Shown here: one piece after another, positions 63,063 to 64,000 of the stretch
Position numbering within the stretch: position 1 is the first letter of the stretch
Layout: the number at the start of each line of letters is the position of its first letter
Assembly: GCA_002269645.1 (NCBI GenBank)
Contig: NIVC01001899.1
Coordinates: forward strand, 1-64,000
Origin: Macrostomum lignano
Lineage: Eukaryota
DNA: 64,000 nt
Reading direction: 5' to 3'
The notes under the pieces: model-generated
Told to the model about the DNA's origin: nothing
Databases searched by the model: none
What the model saw: the letters and a program-made list of their open reading frames with translations, nothing else
Translations under genes and position numbers: made by a program

Positions 63063-64000
63063 ATGTCGACAGTTGACCCGCTACAACTCGACGCAACAGA
63101 AGACGGCACGGCGGCCCCGTCGTCGGCTCAGTCGGGCGTGTCGGAGCTCCAGATCAATGTCGCCTTCACCGTGATGGCGGCCATCATCGCGGTCGGCTCC
63201 GTGGGCAACAGCGTCGTGCTGTACGTGTATTCAAAGAAGCGCGACCGACAGACCGCCAACATATTCATCTTGTCGCTGGCCATCACGGACACAGTGGCCT
63301 GCGTCCTGGTCATCCCCATGACCATCGGCATGGAGGCGGTCAAGTTTCGCACGAACTTCTTCTTGTGCAAGCTCTACTATTTGCTGAACGCTAGCGAGTT
63401 CCCGTTCAGCTGCCTGCTGATGACGGCCATCGCTGTTGATCGGTACTTCTGCATCTGCCGGCCGTTTCTTCGGGCCATTACCATCCCCAGGGCCAGGGCG
63501 ATTGTCCTGGCTCTGGGCAGCCTGGCGGTCACCCTGGGCGTCACCACCTCCGCATTCTGCAGCGGAGTGGTGGACCAGTTCGGCCCCAACCGGACCTGGC
63601 AGTACGCCGAGTACGGCTTCTGCAAGGAGATCAACGATATGAAGAGTTTGAACTCCTCATCTGAGCTCAACATTTCGGACGCCAGCCTGGCCTTCTTCCA
63701 CGTGTTCCAGAAGGTGCACGTGTCGCTATTCTGCGTGTGCATCGCGGTGGTGTTCGTGCTGTACATCAGCATCTACCGCTCGGTGCTGGCCATGCGGCGG
63801 AAGCGGCGCGAGCTGAAGGGCCACCGACAGCCGAGCAGGCAGAAGAAACCGGACGAGGCGAACGAGCTGCAGGACAGGCGACTGCTGAACGCGTCGATTT
63901 CCAGCCAGCCGGCCGCCGGTGGCCAGCGCGGCAGGCGGACGGCTCGGTTCGCCGAGCCGGGCGAAGACCCGGAGGTTCCCAACGGAGGAGACGAAAAAAC
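63063..64000 (+). CDS. Rhodopsin-class (class A) GPCR, TM1-TM5 plus start of ICL3; truncated by the window end
   Basis: Open frame from ATG at 63063 (in-frame TGA at 63057) to the edge: MSTVDP..., TM1 GSVGNSVV, TM2 NIFILSLAITD, C in FLCKL, TM3 AIAVDRYFCICRP, TM5 followed by basic MRRKRR. Absent from the ORF track because no stop is reached. Confidence 0.93.
   Translation, partial: MSTVDPLQLDATEDGTAAPSSAQSGVSELQINVAFTVMAAIIAVGSVGNSVVLYVYSKKRDRQTANIFILSLAITDTVACVLVIPMTIGMEAVKFRTNFFLCKLYYLLNASEFPFSCLLMTAIAVDRYFCICRPFLRAITIPRARAIVLALGSLAVTLGVTTSAFCSGVVDQFGPNRTWQYAEYGFCKEINDMKSLNSSSELNISDASLAFFHVFQKVHVSLFCVCIAVVFVLYISIYRSVLAMRRKRRELKGHRQPSRQKKPDEANELQDRRLLNASISSQPAAGGQRGRRTARFAEPGEDPEVPNGGDEK

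Overview
Eukaryotic (metazoan) genomic DNA with GC-rich exons, short AT-rich introns and about 30 tandem arrays covering roughly 24 kb (about 38%, hand estimate). The style suggests a repeat-rich lophotrochozoan such as a free-living flatworm, but this is inference only. Eight spliced or single-exon genes can be reconstructed by hand. These are the 5' part of a giant cadherin (minus strand, at least 22 EC repeats, runs off the left edge), a phospholipid scramblase, an orphan single-pass coiled-coil protein, a secreted PAN-like plus ALK/LTK-type glycine-rich protein, a small RVxF-motif ORF, a profilin with a long N-terminal extension, a Reeler plus Spondin_N protein, and the start of a rhodopsin-class GPCR (runs off the right edge). 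Mobile DNA comprises two tRNA-derived SINE families, a dead mariner, a non-autonomous hAT-like element with 8-bp TSD, a LINE 3' fragment and a Crypton-like relic. The most striking unexplained structure is that several exons are bracketed by locus-specific tandem arrays that are reverse-complementary to each other; this is exact around scramblase exon 3 and imperfect in other genes. Several other arrays coincide with or amplify splice signals. Almost all long ORFs in the supplied track that lie in repeats are artefacts. All gene models are manual readings without transcript support.
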